Shown: one piece after another, positions 15,771 through 23,183 of the stretch
Numbering within the stretch: the first letter of the stretch is position 1
Layout of the letters: every line of letters begins with the position of its first letter
Assembly (NCBI GenBank): GCA_022705575.1
Contig: JAKJED010000004.1
Coordinates: 1-32,000 of the forward strand
Length of the DNA: 32,000 nucleotides
Source: Patescibacteria group bacterium
Lineage (GTDB): Bacteria > Patescibacteriota > Minisyncoccia > RBG-13-40-8-A
Direction: 5' to 3'
Notes under the pieces: model-generated
What the model was told of the DNA's origin: nothing
The model's input: the letters and a program-made list of their open reading frames with translations, nothing else
Databases searched by the model: none
Position numbers and translations under genes: made by a program

Positions 15771-16974
15771 AAGAAAAATTGTACGTATAATTATTATAGT
15801 GGTTTTAGCCGTGATATTGTTTGGCGGAGGATTTGTAATTGGTAAAAAATCAGTTGATAATGTGCAAATTGCCAATAGAGTATTTTTTAATAGAGAGTTA
15901 GGAAAGCCGGAACCGATTGATTTTAGTTTGTTTTGGCAAGTACTTGATACAATTGAAGATAAATATGTTGATAATTCAAAAATAAACTATAAGGAAATGT
16001 TATATGGCGCAATATCCGGAATGGTTGATTCGTTAGGAGACGATTATACTGTTTTTATGAGACCGGATAAAACCGAAACATTTATAAAAAGTGTTAGCGG
16101 AGACGATAGTTTCGAAGGGGTAGGCATGGAAATAGGAGTAAAAAATAAAATTTTAACGGTTATTTCTCCGATTGAAGGAACTCCGGCGCATAAAGCAGGA
16201 ATACAGGCAGGAGATTTAATTCTTAAAATAGACGAAAAAGAAACTGACGGAATGACATCAGAAGAAGCTGTAGGATTGATTCGAGGAAAAAAGGGAACAG
16301 AAGTTATTTTAACTATAAATAGAAATGGTTTTAATGAGCCTAAAAAATTTACTTTAGTAAGAGATACAATTCAGGTGCCAGTTATTAAATGGGAATTGAA
16401 AAATAGCGATATTGCTTATATTAAAATTTATCAATTTACCGCCAATCTTCCGGCAAAATTTAAAAGCATTGTTGCGGAAATTTTAAAAAGTAATGCAAAA
16501 AAAATAATTATTGATGTTAGAAATAATCCCGGAGGATATCTTGATTCTGCAGTCGAAATTTCCGGTTGGTTTTTACCTAAAGATTCGGTTGTTGTAAAAG
16601 AGGAATTCAAAAATGGAGAAGGATATGAATATAAAAGTAACGGATATAAAGCAATACAAGATTTTCCGGTGATTATATTGATTAATAAAGGATCTGCATC
16701 GGCATCAGAAATTATGGCTGGAGCACTTAGGGATATTGAAGGAATAAAATTAGTTGGAGAAAAAACTTTTGGCAAGGGTTCTGTTCAACAAATGGAAACA
16801 TTTAAAGACGAATCATCGTTAAAAGTTACTATTGCAAAGTGGTTGACTCCTTCTGGGGTATCAATTAACGAAGAGGGACTATCTCCGGATTACGAAATTG
16901 AATTAACTGAAAACGATTATAATAATAATTATGATTCGCAATTAGATAAAGCAATTGAATTGTTGAATAAATAA
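15757..16974 (+). CDS. ctpA: Carboxy-terminal processing peptidase (S41 family) with a PDZ domain
   Basis: N-terminal TM helix, a PDZ block (GMEIG...PAHKAGIQAGDLILKID), DVRNNPGG, the catalytic Ser region GSASASEIMAGAL and the Lys region GEKTFGKGSVQ. Confidence 0.85.
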   Translation: MVLNKRKIVRIIIIVVLAVILFGGGFVIGKKSVDNVQIANRVFFNRELGKPEPIDFSLFWQVLDTIEDKYVDNSKINYKEMLYGAISGMVDSLGDDYTVFMRPDKTETFIKSVSGDDSFEGVGMEIGVKNKILTVISPIEGTPAHKAGIQAGDLILKIDEKETDGMTSEEAVGLIRGKKGTEVILTINRNGFNEPKKFTLVRDTIQVPVIKWELKNSDIAYIKIYQFTANLPAKFKSIVAEILKSNAKKIIIDVRNNPGGYLDSAVEISGWFLPKDSVVVKEEFKNGEGYEYKSNGYKAIQDFPVIILINKGSASASEIMAGALRDIEGIKLVGEKTFGKGSVQQMETFKDESSLKVTIAKWLTPSGVSINEEGLSPDYEIELTENDYNNNYDSQLDKAIELLNK

Positions 16975-16977
16975 TTT

Positions 16978-17436
16978 ATGAAAATAATTCTATTAAAAGA
17001 TGTTGTTGGATTAGGTAAAAAGGGGGAGATAAAAGATGCGGCTGACGGGCACGCAAAAAACTTTTTAATTCCTCGTAAATTAGCAAAAGTTGCTACCGAT
17101 AAAGCTATTAAAGAATTAGAACAAGAGAAAGCAATGGAAGCGCAAAAAGCAGAACAAGAATTGCAATATGTTGAAGAAATGGTTTCGCAGATTGATGGAT
17201 TAGAAATTGAAATTCCGGCTAAAATGGATGAAACAGGAAAACTTTATGGTTCAATTAATGATCAGAAAGTCAGTCAAATATTTAAAGATAAAGGATTCAA
17301 TATAAAAAAGAATCAAATTAAAATTCTCCAACCCATTAAAGACGTTGGAGAATATCCAATAACAATTACTTTTGATCACGGATTAGAAGCAGAAATAAAA
17401 TTGATAATTATTGATGAGTCTTTGAACAAAAATTAA
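16978..17436 (+). CDS. rplI: 50S ribosomal protein L9
   Basis: [36 protein letters not shown] is the canonical L9 N-terminus. Length is 152 aa. Confidence 0.9.
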   Translation: MKIILLKDVVGLGKKGEIKDAADGHAKNFLIPRKLAKVATDKAIKELEQEKAMEAQKAEQELQYVEEMVSQIDGLEIEIPAKMDETGKLYGSINDQKVSQIFKDKGFNIKKNQIKILQPIKDVGEYPITITFDHGLEAEIKLIIIDESLNKN

Positions 17437-17453
17437 TTCTATAAAAGAATTAA
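17433..17453. terminator. AT-rich hairpin spanning both stop codons of convergent rplI and rpmA (weak bidirectional terminator candidate)
   Basis: TTAATTCT (17433-17440) pairs with AGAATTAA (17446-17453) across a 5-nt loop. Only one G:C pair. Confidence 0.3.
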
Positions 17454-17722
17454 ACAACATCAACAGTTTTAAAAAGTTTTCTTTTGCCGTTAAATCCTGT
17501 TTTGGCGGTTGTTTTGAATTTGACTATTCCTGATTTAAGCGCGTAAAGAGTATCGTCTTTTCCTTTTTTAACATTTTTTCCGGCAATAAATCTAGTTCCG
17601 CGTTGACGAATAATAATATTGCCGGTTTGAGCTTTTTGTCCCTGGTAGAGTTTTACGCCTAAATATTTTGGTCGCGAGTCTCGTCCTAATTTAGTTGATC
17701 CCGCGGACTTGGTTGTTGACAT
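17450..17722 (-). CDS. rpmA: 50S ribosomal protein L27
   Basis: [25 protein letters not shown]...[17 protein letters not shown] is the L27 signature. Confidence 0.9.
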   Translation of the reverse strand: MSTTKSAGSTKLGRDSRPKYLGVKLYQGQKAQTGNIIIRQRGTRFIAGKNVKKGKDDTLYALKSGIVKFKTTAKTGFNGKRKLFKTVDVV

Positions 17723-17767
17723 ATATTTTACAGATTTACAAATTAATTATAGATTATAGATATACAA

Positions 17768-17899
17768 ATGTTAGCAAAATTAAAAGAATTTGTCAAAAGA
17801 AACAACCATGACATTTTTATTGTTATGGTTATTATTTTAATTGCACTTATATTTTTTGGTCTTGGCCGTCTTTCTGTATTTTCTTCAAACTTGCCTTAA
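17768..17899 (+). CDS. Candidate small membrane protein (43 aa), below the ORF-track length cutoff
   Basis: ATG at 17768 translates to MLAKLKEFVKRNNHDIFIVMVIILIALIFFGLGRLSVFSSNLP, an amphipathic N-terminus plus one clear TM helix. TATAGA lies 7 nt upstream of the ATG. The 3' 53 nt overlap the convergent nuclease gene. Confidence 0.3.
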   Translation: MLAKLKEFVKRNNHDIFIVMVIILIALIFFGLGRLSVFSSNLP

Positions 17900-18980
17900 T
17901 GACAGTATATTTTTTATCCTCTTTTTTTGCCTGATGAATCTGGTCTTGGATGGACCGGGGTAAAGTCTTGATGATTTGTTCCAGTTTTTTGAGATCATAA
18001 CCGCCAGTACGGATTTGGTTTAAACGAGTAATAAATCCAGCATCGCCAAAAATTCTTTCTATTTTTTCATTGTTTAAGTATCTTTCAATGATTTCTTTTA
18101 ATTCATTGATTTTTTTGTTGTTTTGGGTGTTGTTTTCTTTTAATGCCAAATATTCGTTAACCACTTTTTTTGCCTGCTCGTCGTCAATAGAAAATTCTTT
18201 TTTATAGAGATGTTTCCACATTGAGCAGATTTTTTTGTATCCGCACCAATCACACAAGACAGAGGGAAGAGGTTCAAATTTGCTGGCCTCTATTTCTTTT
18301 AATTTTTTCCAAACGTGTTCTTGAATTTTATTTAATTGTTCTTGTGTTCTGTGCGTGGAAATTGTTTCTTGGTGTTTTAAATAATATAAAGTTAATTTAA
18401 TGTTTTCAATTCCTTTTTCTGCAAATTGAGGCCAGCGGTTGATTACACCTAAGCAATAAAGGGACATTTGCATACTGTTATGGATATCTTCCTGTGAGGG
18501 AAGTTTTTTTGTTGTTTTATAGTCAACAACTTCTATTCCTTCTTTGGTTTTATCAACGCGGTCAATAATACCAGTTAAAAGGCATTTTTCTTTTTTGTTT
18601 TGCGGATTTTCAAGCATAACTTCAAATCTGGTCTCGGTTCCAAGTACGGAAAAATTATCTTTGATTTTTAAATAATTTTCATAATAATTTTTCAGAATTT
18701 TTATTGCTTCGGAAAAATAAATCATATCTTCATCTTCAGAAAAAACAGATTCATTTTTGGGCCAAATTTCTTTAAATTTATTCAGCAATTCGTCGGAAGT
18801 AGGGGATACCGGCGTTTGTTTATGGAACCATTCGAGTGCTTTATGTAAAACGCTGCCAAAAACCGCTTCTTTGGTTTTTAGAGTTTTAATTTTATCAACA
18901 ACCTGATATTTATACTTAAGCGGACACTGTTTAAAAGTGTCTAGTGCCGAGTATGAAATTCTTAATATTTTTTGTTCCAT
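17847..18980 (-). CDS. PD-(D/E)XK nuclease, RecB/Cas4-like with a 4-Cys cluster, plus a ~120-aa C-terminal helical extension
   Basis: ISYSALDTFKQCPLKYKY (first Cys), GIIDRVD...IEVVDYKT (the D..(D/E)xK core), QMSLY (QxxxY) and CDWCGYKKIC (CxxCx5C). Confidence 0.75.
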   Translation of the reverse strand: MEQKILRISYSALDTFKQCPLKYKYQVVDKIKTLKTKEAVFGSVLHKALEWFHKQTPVSPTSDELLNKFKEIWPKNESVFSEDEDMIYFSEAIKILKNYYENYLKIKDNFSVLGTETRFEVMLENPQNKKEKCLLTGIIDRVDKTKEGIEVVDYKTTKKLPSQEDIHNSMQMSLYCLGVINRWPQFAEKGIENIKLTLYYLKHQETISTHRTQEQLNKIQEHVWKKLKEIEASKFEPLPSVLCDWCGYKKICSMWKHLYKKEFSIDDEQAKKVVNEYLALKENNTQNNKKINELKEIIERYLNNEKIERIFGDAGFITRLNQIRTGGYDLKKLEQIIKTLPRSIQDQIHQAKKEDKKYTVIKASLKKIQKDGQDQKI

Positions 18981-18986
18981 AGATTA

Positions 18987-18992
18987 ATCATA
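18987..18992 (-). promoter_or_regulatory. Candidate -10 (TATGAT) 6 nt upstream of the nuclease ATG
   Basis: The minus strand reads TATGAT-taatct-ATG(18980), immediately downstream of a terminator. Confidence 0.35.
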
Positions 18993-19010
18993 CAATAAAT
19001 TTAAATAAGG

Positions 19011-19035
19011 AAAAACCCTGACGTGAAAGGTCGGG
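19011..19035 (-). terminator. Rho-independent terminator (minus strand)
   Basis: Minus-strand CCCGAC-ctttcac-GTC(A)GGG stem with one bulge, followed by TTTTT. Confidence 0.55.
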
Positions 19036-19041
19036 ACAGGC

Positions 19042-19066
19042 AAAAAAAAGAGAGATTATTTTCTCT
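19042..19066 (-). terminator. Rho-independent terminator (minus strand), first of a tandem pair
   Basis: Minus-strand AGAGA-aaataa-TCTCT followed by a run of eight T. The stem is short. Confidence 0.45.
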
Positions 19067-19173
19067 ATTTTATAATGCTACCCAATTTTGGACTCGCAAG
19101 GTAATTAAATTATATGCGGTATGGTCTGTAACGTTACCATTTGTTCTTTCTGCCATTGTACCATAATTAATAA

Positions 19174-20145
19174 TTATTCCTTTAATTTTTTTCCACTATG
19201 AAATTGGCGGTGGATGTCGCGGAGATGCTTGTTGGTGACGTGAGTGTAAATTTGAGTTGTGGCAACGCTTTGGTGGCCGAGAATTTCTTGAACAGTTCTT
19301 AAATCAGCTCCTTGATTTAATAAATCCGTTGCCAATGTGTGTCTTAGAACATGCGGAGTAACTTTAATTGGTAATCCTGCAATATGCGAATATTTTTCAA
19401 CCATGCGTTCAATAGAACGCACAGTGAGTCGGGCAGGGGATATATCATTTTCTTTTTTTGCCCGATAATTGATAAATAATGCTTTATCATCATCGTTTCT
19501 TGTGTCCAAGTATTTTTTTAGCCATCTTACAGCGCGGTCAGAAAAATAAACAGTTCTTACGTGTCCGCCCTTTCCAGTAATGCTTAATTCAATATCTTTG
19601 GTGTCGGGTTTTATTTTAAATTGGTTTCTGTCTAATGCAACTAATTCTGCAATACGCAAGCCAGTAGAGAAGAGGATTTCCAAAATTGCGCGATCCCGTA
19701 GCCCAATATTGTGCGACGTAGTAGGTGTGAGCAATAATTTTTCCACCTGGTCTAAGGTCAGGAATTTTACGGTTTGTTCGCTTTTTTCACGTTTTGTAAG
19801 TTTTATTTTTTCCATAGGCAATGAATCAATATCTCTATCGGTAAAAAAAGTTAATAAATTTCTTAGTGCAATCAAATAAAAATTTTGTGTTTTTTTGCTT
19901 AATGTCTTGGTGCTGGTTTCGGAAATAGGTGAGCGTGCCAAAAAGATGCGGTACTGCCAAACATGTTCCGGGGTCAGTTCGTGAGGCTTTAAATTTTCGC
20001 TTTTGGTTGACCTGAGCCAGTTGGCGAACTTATGAAGGTAGCGGGAATAGTTTTCTTGGGTTTTGGACGCAGCCCCGCGCTCAATTTCAAGATATTCAAG
20101 AAAGTCGGTAATATGTTTTAATATTGGTAAATTAGATTTTTGCAT
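19174..20145 (-). CDS. xerC: Tyrosine site-specific recombinase, XerC/XerD family
   Basis: N-terminal SAM-like domain (FLEYLEIERGAS..T...Y). The catalytic domain carries GLRIAEL (Arg), HVLRHTLAT (HxxR) and LGHQSVATTQIYTHV (the nucleophile Tyr). Confidence 0.85.
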   Translation of the reverse strand: MQKSNLPILKHITDFLEYLEIERGAASKTQENYSRYLHKFANWLRSTKSENLKPHELTPEHVWQYRIFLARSPISETSTKTLSKKTQNFYLIALRNLLTFFTDRDIDSLPMEKIKLTKREKSEQTVKFLTLDQVEKLLLTPTTSHNIGLRDRAILEILFSTGLRIAELVALDRNQFKIKPDTKDIELSITGKGGHVRTVYFSDRAVRWLKKYLDTRNDDDKALFINYRAKKENDISPARLTVRSIERMVEKYSHIAGLPIKVTPHVLRHTLATDLLNQGADLRTVQEILGHQSVATTQIYTHVTNKHLRDIHRQFHSGKKLKE

Positions 20146-20151
20146 AAAAGT

Positions 20152-20157
20152 TTTATA
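20152..20157 (-). promoter_or_regulatory. Candidate -10 (TATAAA) 6 nt upstream of the xerC ATG
   Basis: The minus strand reads TATAAT-t-TATAAA-actttt-ATG(20145), with no Shine-Dalgarno sequence. Confidence 0.35.
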
Positions 20158-20356
20158 AATTATAAAAAATAAAAGGGAAAAATAAGGGGAACAACAAATC
20201 TCAAATGGTAACAGAGGGGGAGTGGTCTCTAAGAAAATGTCTCTATAGAACGTCGCTTAACTATGATTGTCCGACGTTATTAATATGTATAATAAAGCCT
20301 CTTTGGCCTCTCTCCTCTATTGATATTATATAAATATATTTTATTATTAAATAAAT

Positions 20357-21583
20357 TTATTGTAAATATTTTTGCGGATCTAAGTGCGCGCCAATCGGCA
20401 CTGTGCCATACCATACTTTTTGTACTTGAATTGATTCTGAAGTGTAAACCCCGAAATGTAGGTGCGCTCCGGTTGAATAACCTGTACTCCCCTCATATCC
20501 GATAACGTCCCCTCTTTCTACTGAATCACCCGCCTTAAATGATCCGTAGTTTGATAAGTGTCCATATAAAGTAGTTAATTTGTTGTCATGTTCTATAAGA
20601 ACCCATTTGCCATAAGCATATTTACCACAATTTCCTATTGCCAGAATTTTTCCCCCTCTTGCCGCTTTTATCGGTGTTCCATATTTTGTGGATATGTCTA
20701 TGCCGTTATGGAACCCGCTTTTATACATTTTTTTACTAAAGGCGGTATAACCATATCCTTGGGTTAAAATCCCTTCCAGCGGCCAACTAAGGGCACCAGG
20801 ACGCGCCTCGGGCGTGGAACTGGGATCTAATGTGGCCTTTATCTTATCTTCCAGATCAAATATTTGTTGTTCAATTTCTTGTTGTTTTCTGAGCGTATCA
20901 TTAAGCAATGTTTGATATTGTTTTTCTTGGCCCTTGGTTTGGGTTAATAAATAATTTTTTTCTGTTTTTTCTTGATCAACTGCGCCCTTTTGTCCTATGA
21001 GTTGATTATTTAGTGTTGTTAGTTGTGATTTTTGATATTCGGCTTGAGATTTACTTTTTTCCATTTCTTGTTTGATAGTTGAAAGTTCGGTAATGGTTTT
21101 TTGAATATTTTCTTGAAGCAATTCGATGTTGTGTAATTGGTTTATAAAGTCAGAAAGGCTGTTTTGGGTTAAAATTATTTCTAGTAAAGACTCTTTGTCA
21201 TATTCTGCCAAAGTACGTATAATATTTGCTATTTCTGTTCGTTTTTTGTCTATTTCGTCTTCTTTTTGTTGAATGTCAAGTTTCAACTCTTCGATTGTTA
21301 ATGTTGTTGAAGATATTTTAGCATTAGTAATAGAAATATCATTTTGTAAATTCTTAATTTTGCTGGCGATTATCGCAAGTTGATTATTAAGAGTATTTTT
21401 TTGCGATTGCGCGTTTTGCAATTCTTTTTGGTATTGTGTCGCTTGTGCTTCAAGTTGTTTTATTTCCGCTTCTTTTTGGTTTATTTGTTTTTGTAAATCA
21501 TCAATTAAACTGGCCGAACAAGTATTCGGCAAAATACAAAATACAAAATACAAAATACAAGGTATAAGAATTAGTTTTTTCAT
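20357..21583 (-). CDS. Secreted coiled-coil M23 metallopeptidase (EnvC-like architecture with the catalytic residues retained)
   Basis: A signal peptide, then ~230 aa of Gln/Glu/Lys-rich coiled coil, then an M23 domain with HNGIDIS (HxxxD) and GAHLHFGVY (HxH). Its start overlaps the gltX stop (ATGA). Confidence 0.85.
   Translation of the reverse strand: MKKLILIPCILYFVFCILPNTCSASLIDDLQKQINQKEAEIKQLEAQATQYQKELQNAQSQKNTLNNQLAIIASKIKNLQNDISITNAKISSTTLTIEELKLDIQQKEDEIDKKRTEIANIIRTLAEYDKESLLEIILTQNSLSDFINQLHNIELLQENIQKTITELSTIKQEMEKSKSQAEYQKSQLTTLNNQLIGQKGAVDQEKTEKNYLLTQTKGQEKQYQTLLNDTLRKQQEIEQQIFDLEDKIKATLDPSSTPEARPGALSWPLEGILTQGYGYTAFSKKMYKSGFHNGIDISTKYGTPIKAARGGKILAIGNCGKYAYGKWVLIEHDNKLTTLYGHLSNYGSFKAGDSVERGDVIGYEGSTGYSTGAHLHFGVYTSESIQVQKVWYGTVPIGAHLDPQKYLQ
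21531..21560 (-). repeat. Perfect heptanucleotide tandem repeat (AAAATAC x4 on the + strand, GTATTTT x4 in gene sense) within the signal-peptide codons of the M23 peptidase
   Basis: Four exact copies at 21531-21558. They encode CILYFVFCIL. The inverted repeat GCCGAA-N6-TTCGGC (21513-21530) follows directly. Confidence 0.85.
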
Positions 21584-23061
21584 TTTAGCCTATTAATTGC
21601 TTTTTGAATTCGTTTTAATGTTTCGGTCTTCCCTAATATTTCCGCAATTTCAAACGGACCTGGTGATTTTTCTTTTCCGCTTAATGCGACACGCATCGGC
21701 CACAATAATTGTCCGCGGTCTATTTTTCCTTCTGAATTTATAAATTTTTCTGCTTCCGGCATTAGAATTTGTTTTAACTTTTCAGCTCCAAAACTCCCAT
21801 CTTTAACGTCGCACAATATTGAGTATGTTTTATTTAATGATTCTAATGTTTTTTCTTTTGGGGCATCTTTCTCTCCGGGCCTTTGGCCTCGTAGAGCCGG
21901 AGGCCATGTCAATAAATCCTTATTATAGTCCAATTCTTTAAAAAAGAAATCGCTACTCTCTCCTATATCCGATAGTTTATTCATTCTTGGTTGTTCTAAT
22001 TTGATTATTTTTTCAATTGTTTTTTCATTTAAATCAGAATCTTTTGGTAAATATGGCAAACATAGTTTAGTTAATTCTTTTATCGGTATTTGTTTGATGT
22101 ATTGGCTATTGATCCAATCTAATTTATCAATATCTAAAATTGCTGGATTTTTATGTACTTTGTTCCAATTAAACATTTTAATCAAATCATTTAAACTTAA
22201 AATTTCTTTTTCCTTGTCTTTAACGCTTAAAATTGTCAGTCCGATAAAATTAATCAGCGCTTCGGGTAAATATCCGTTTTCCAAAAAACTTTCTACTGCG
22301 ACGTCGCCTTTTCTTTTGCTTAATTTTCCGCCATTTTTATTTAGCATTAAAGACAGATGAATAAAAATCGGCGGTTTCCAGTTTAAATATTTATATAATA
22401 AAAGATGTTTGGGTGTTGAAGAAATCCACTCCTCTCCTCTCATTGCGTGTGATATTTTCATCAAATGATCGTCAATAACAACTGCAAAATGATAAGTTGG
22501 AAATCCATCGGATTTGATTAAAATTTGATCGTCAATTAAATCAGTTTTAAATTCAATTTCTCCGTGAAGCAGGTCGTGAAATTTAATGGTCTCCCCTGCT
22601 GGCACTTTCATTCTAATTGTATATGGAGCTTTATTTTTTAAATTTTCTTCAATTGTTTTTTTATCTAAATTTCGGCAGTGCTGGTCATACATCGGCGCCT
22701 GCTTGTTGGCAATTTGTTCTTCGCGCATTTTTTCTAAACGTTCTTTGGTGCAAAAACAATAATATGCTTTTTCTTCTTTTAATAATTGTTCGGCATGTTT
22801 ATTGTAAATATCAAGTCGTTTTGATTGATAAAACGGACCTTCATCAAATTTAATTTTGAAAGTTTTTAAAGTTTTAAGCAAGGATTCAATTGCGCCTTCG
22901 GTAAATCTTTCTTGGTCAGTATCTTCAATGCGTAAAATAAAATCACCTTTTTCTTTTTTAGAAAAAAGGTAATCTAACAAGACAGTGCGCAAACTGCCAA
23001 TATGTAAAAATCCCGTTGGCGACGGCGCAAAACGAACCCTAACTTTAGAGTTTTTAAACAT
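21580..23061 (-). CDS. gltX: Glutamate--tRNA ligase
   Basis: RFAPSPTGFLHIGSLRT (the HIGH motif), KLSKRKG (the KMSKS motif) and the class I Glx catalytic core blocks. Confidence 0.9.
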   Translation of the reverse strand: MFKNSKVRVRFAPSPTGFLHIGSLRTVLLDYLFSKKEKGDFILRIEDTDQERFTEGAIESLLKTLKTFKIKFDEGPFYQSKRLDIYNKHAEQLLKEEKAYYCFCTKERLEKMREEQIANKQAPMYDQHCRNLDKKTIEENLKNKAPYTIRMKVPAGETIKFHDLLHGEIEFKTDLIDDQILIKSDGFPTYHFAVVIDDHLMKISHAMRGEEWISSTPKHLLLYKYLNWKPPIFIHLSLMLNKNGGKLSKRKGDVAVESFLENGYLPEALINFIGLTILSVKDKEKEILSLNDLIKMFNWNKVHKNPAILDIDKLDWINSQYIKQIPIKELTKLCLPYLPKDSDLNEKTIEKIIKLEQPRMNKLSDIGESSDFFFKELDYNKDLLTWPPALRGQRPGEKDAPKEKTLESLNKTYSILCDVKDGSFGAEKLKQILMPEAEKFINSEGKIDRGQLLWPMRVALSGKEKSPGPFEIAEILGKTETLKRIQKAINRLK

Positions 23062-23134
23062 ACATGGTATATTATATCCTTTCTATAAAATTAGGGCAAG
23101 CAAAAATATAAAAATCAAGAAATAAGAGCCAATT

Positions 23135-23163
23135 TTAAAACCGCTCTTTTGGAACGGTTTTTA
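23135..23163 (-). terminator. Rho-independent terminator downstream of murG
   Basis: AAAACCG (23137-23143) pairs with CGGTTTT (23155-23161) across an 11-nt loop, with T-rich flanks in both directions. Confidence 0.5.
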
Positions 23164-23183
23164 TAAATTATATTTTGTATTAT

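Noticed and set aside
17847-18980. The Cas4-like nuclease considered as part of a CRISPR-Cas locus.
   Set aside because: There are no CRISPR repeats and no other cas genes anywhere in the window. The short repeats present are 5-8 nt units, not 25-40 nt repeats separated by unique spacers.
20205-20333. A plus-strand 42-aa ORF (MVTEGEWSLRKCLYRTSLNYDCPTLL...) in the M23-xerC spacer.
   Set aside because: It has no promoter-like or SD-like context, lies opposite to all neighbouring genes, and has a composition unlike local coding regions. The region is reported only as a structured intergenic core.
17847-20356. The nuclease and tyrosine recombinase considered as an integrated mobile element or defence island.
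   Set aside because: I found no flanking direct repeats or att-like duplications, no tRNA target, and no phage, plasmid or transposase genes. The recombinase has the full XerC/D-type architecture. Composition does not differ visibly from the neighbours.
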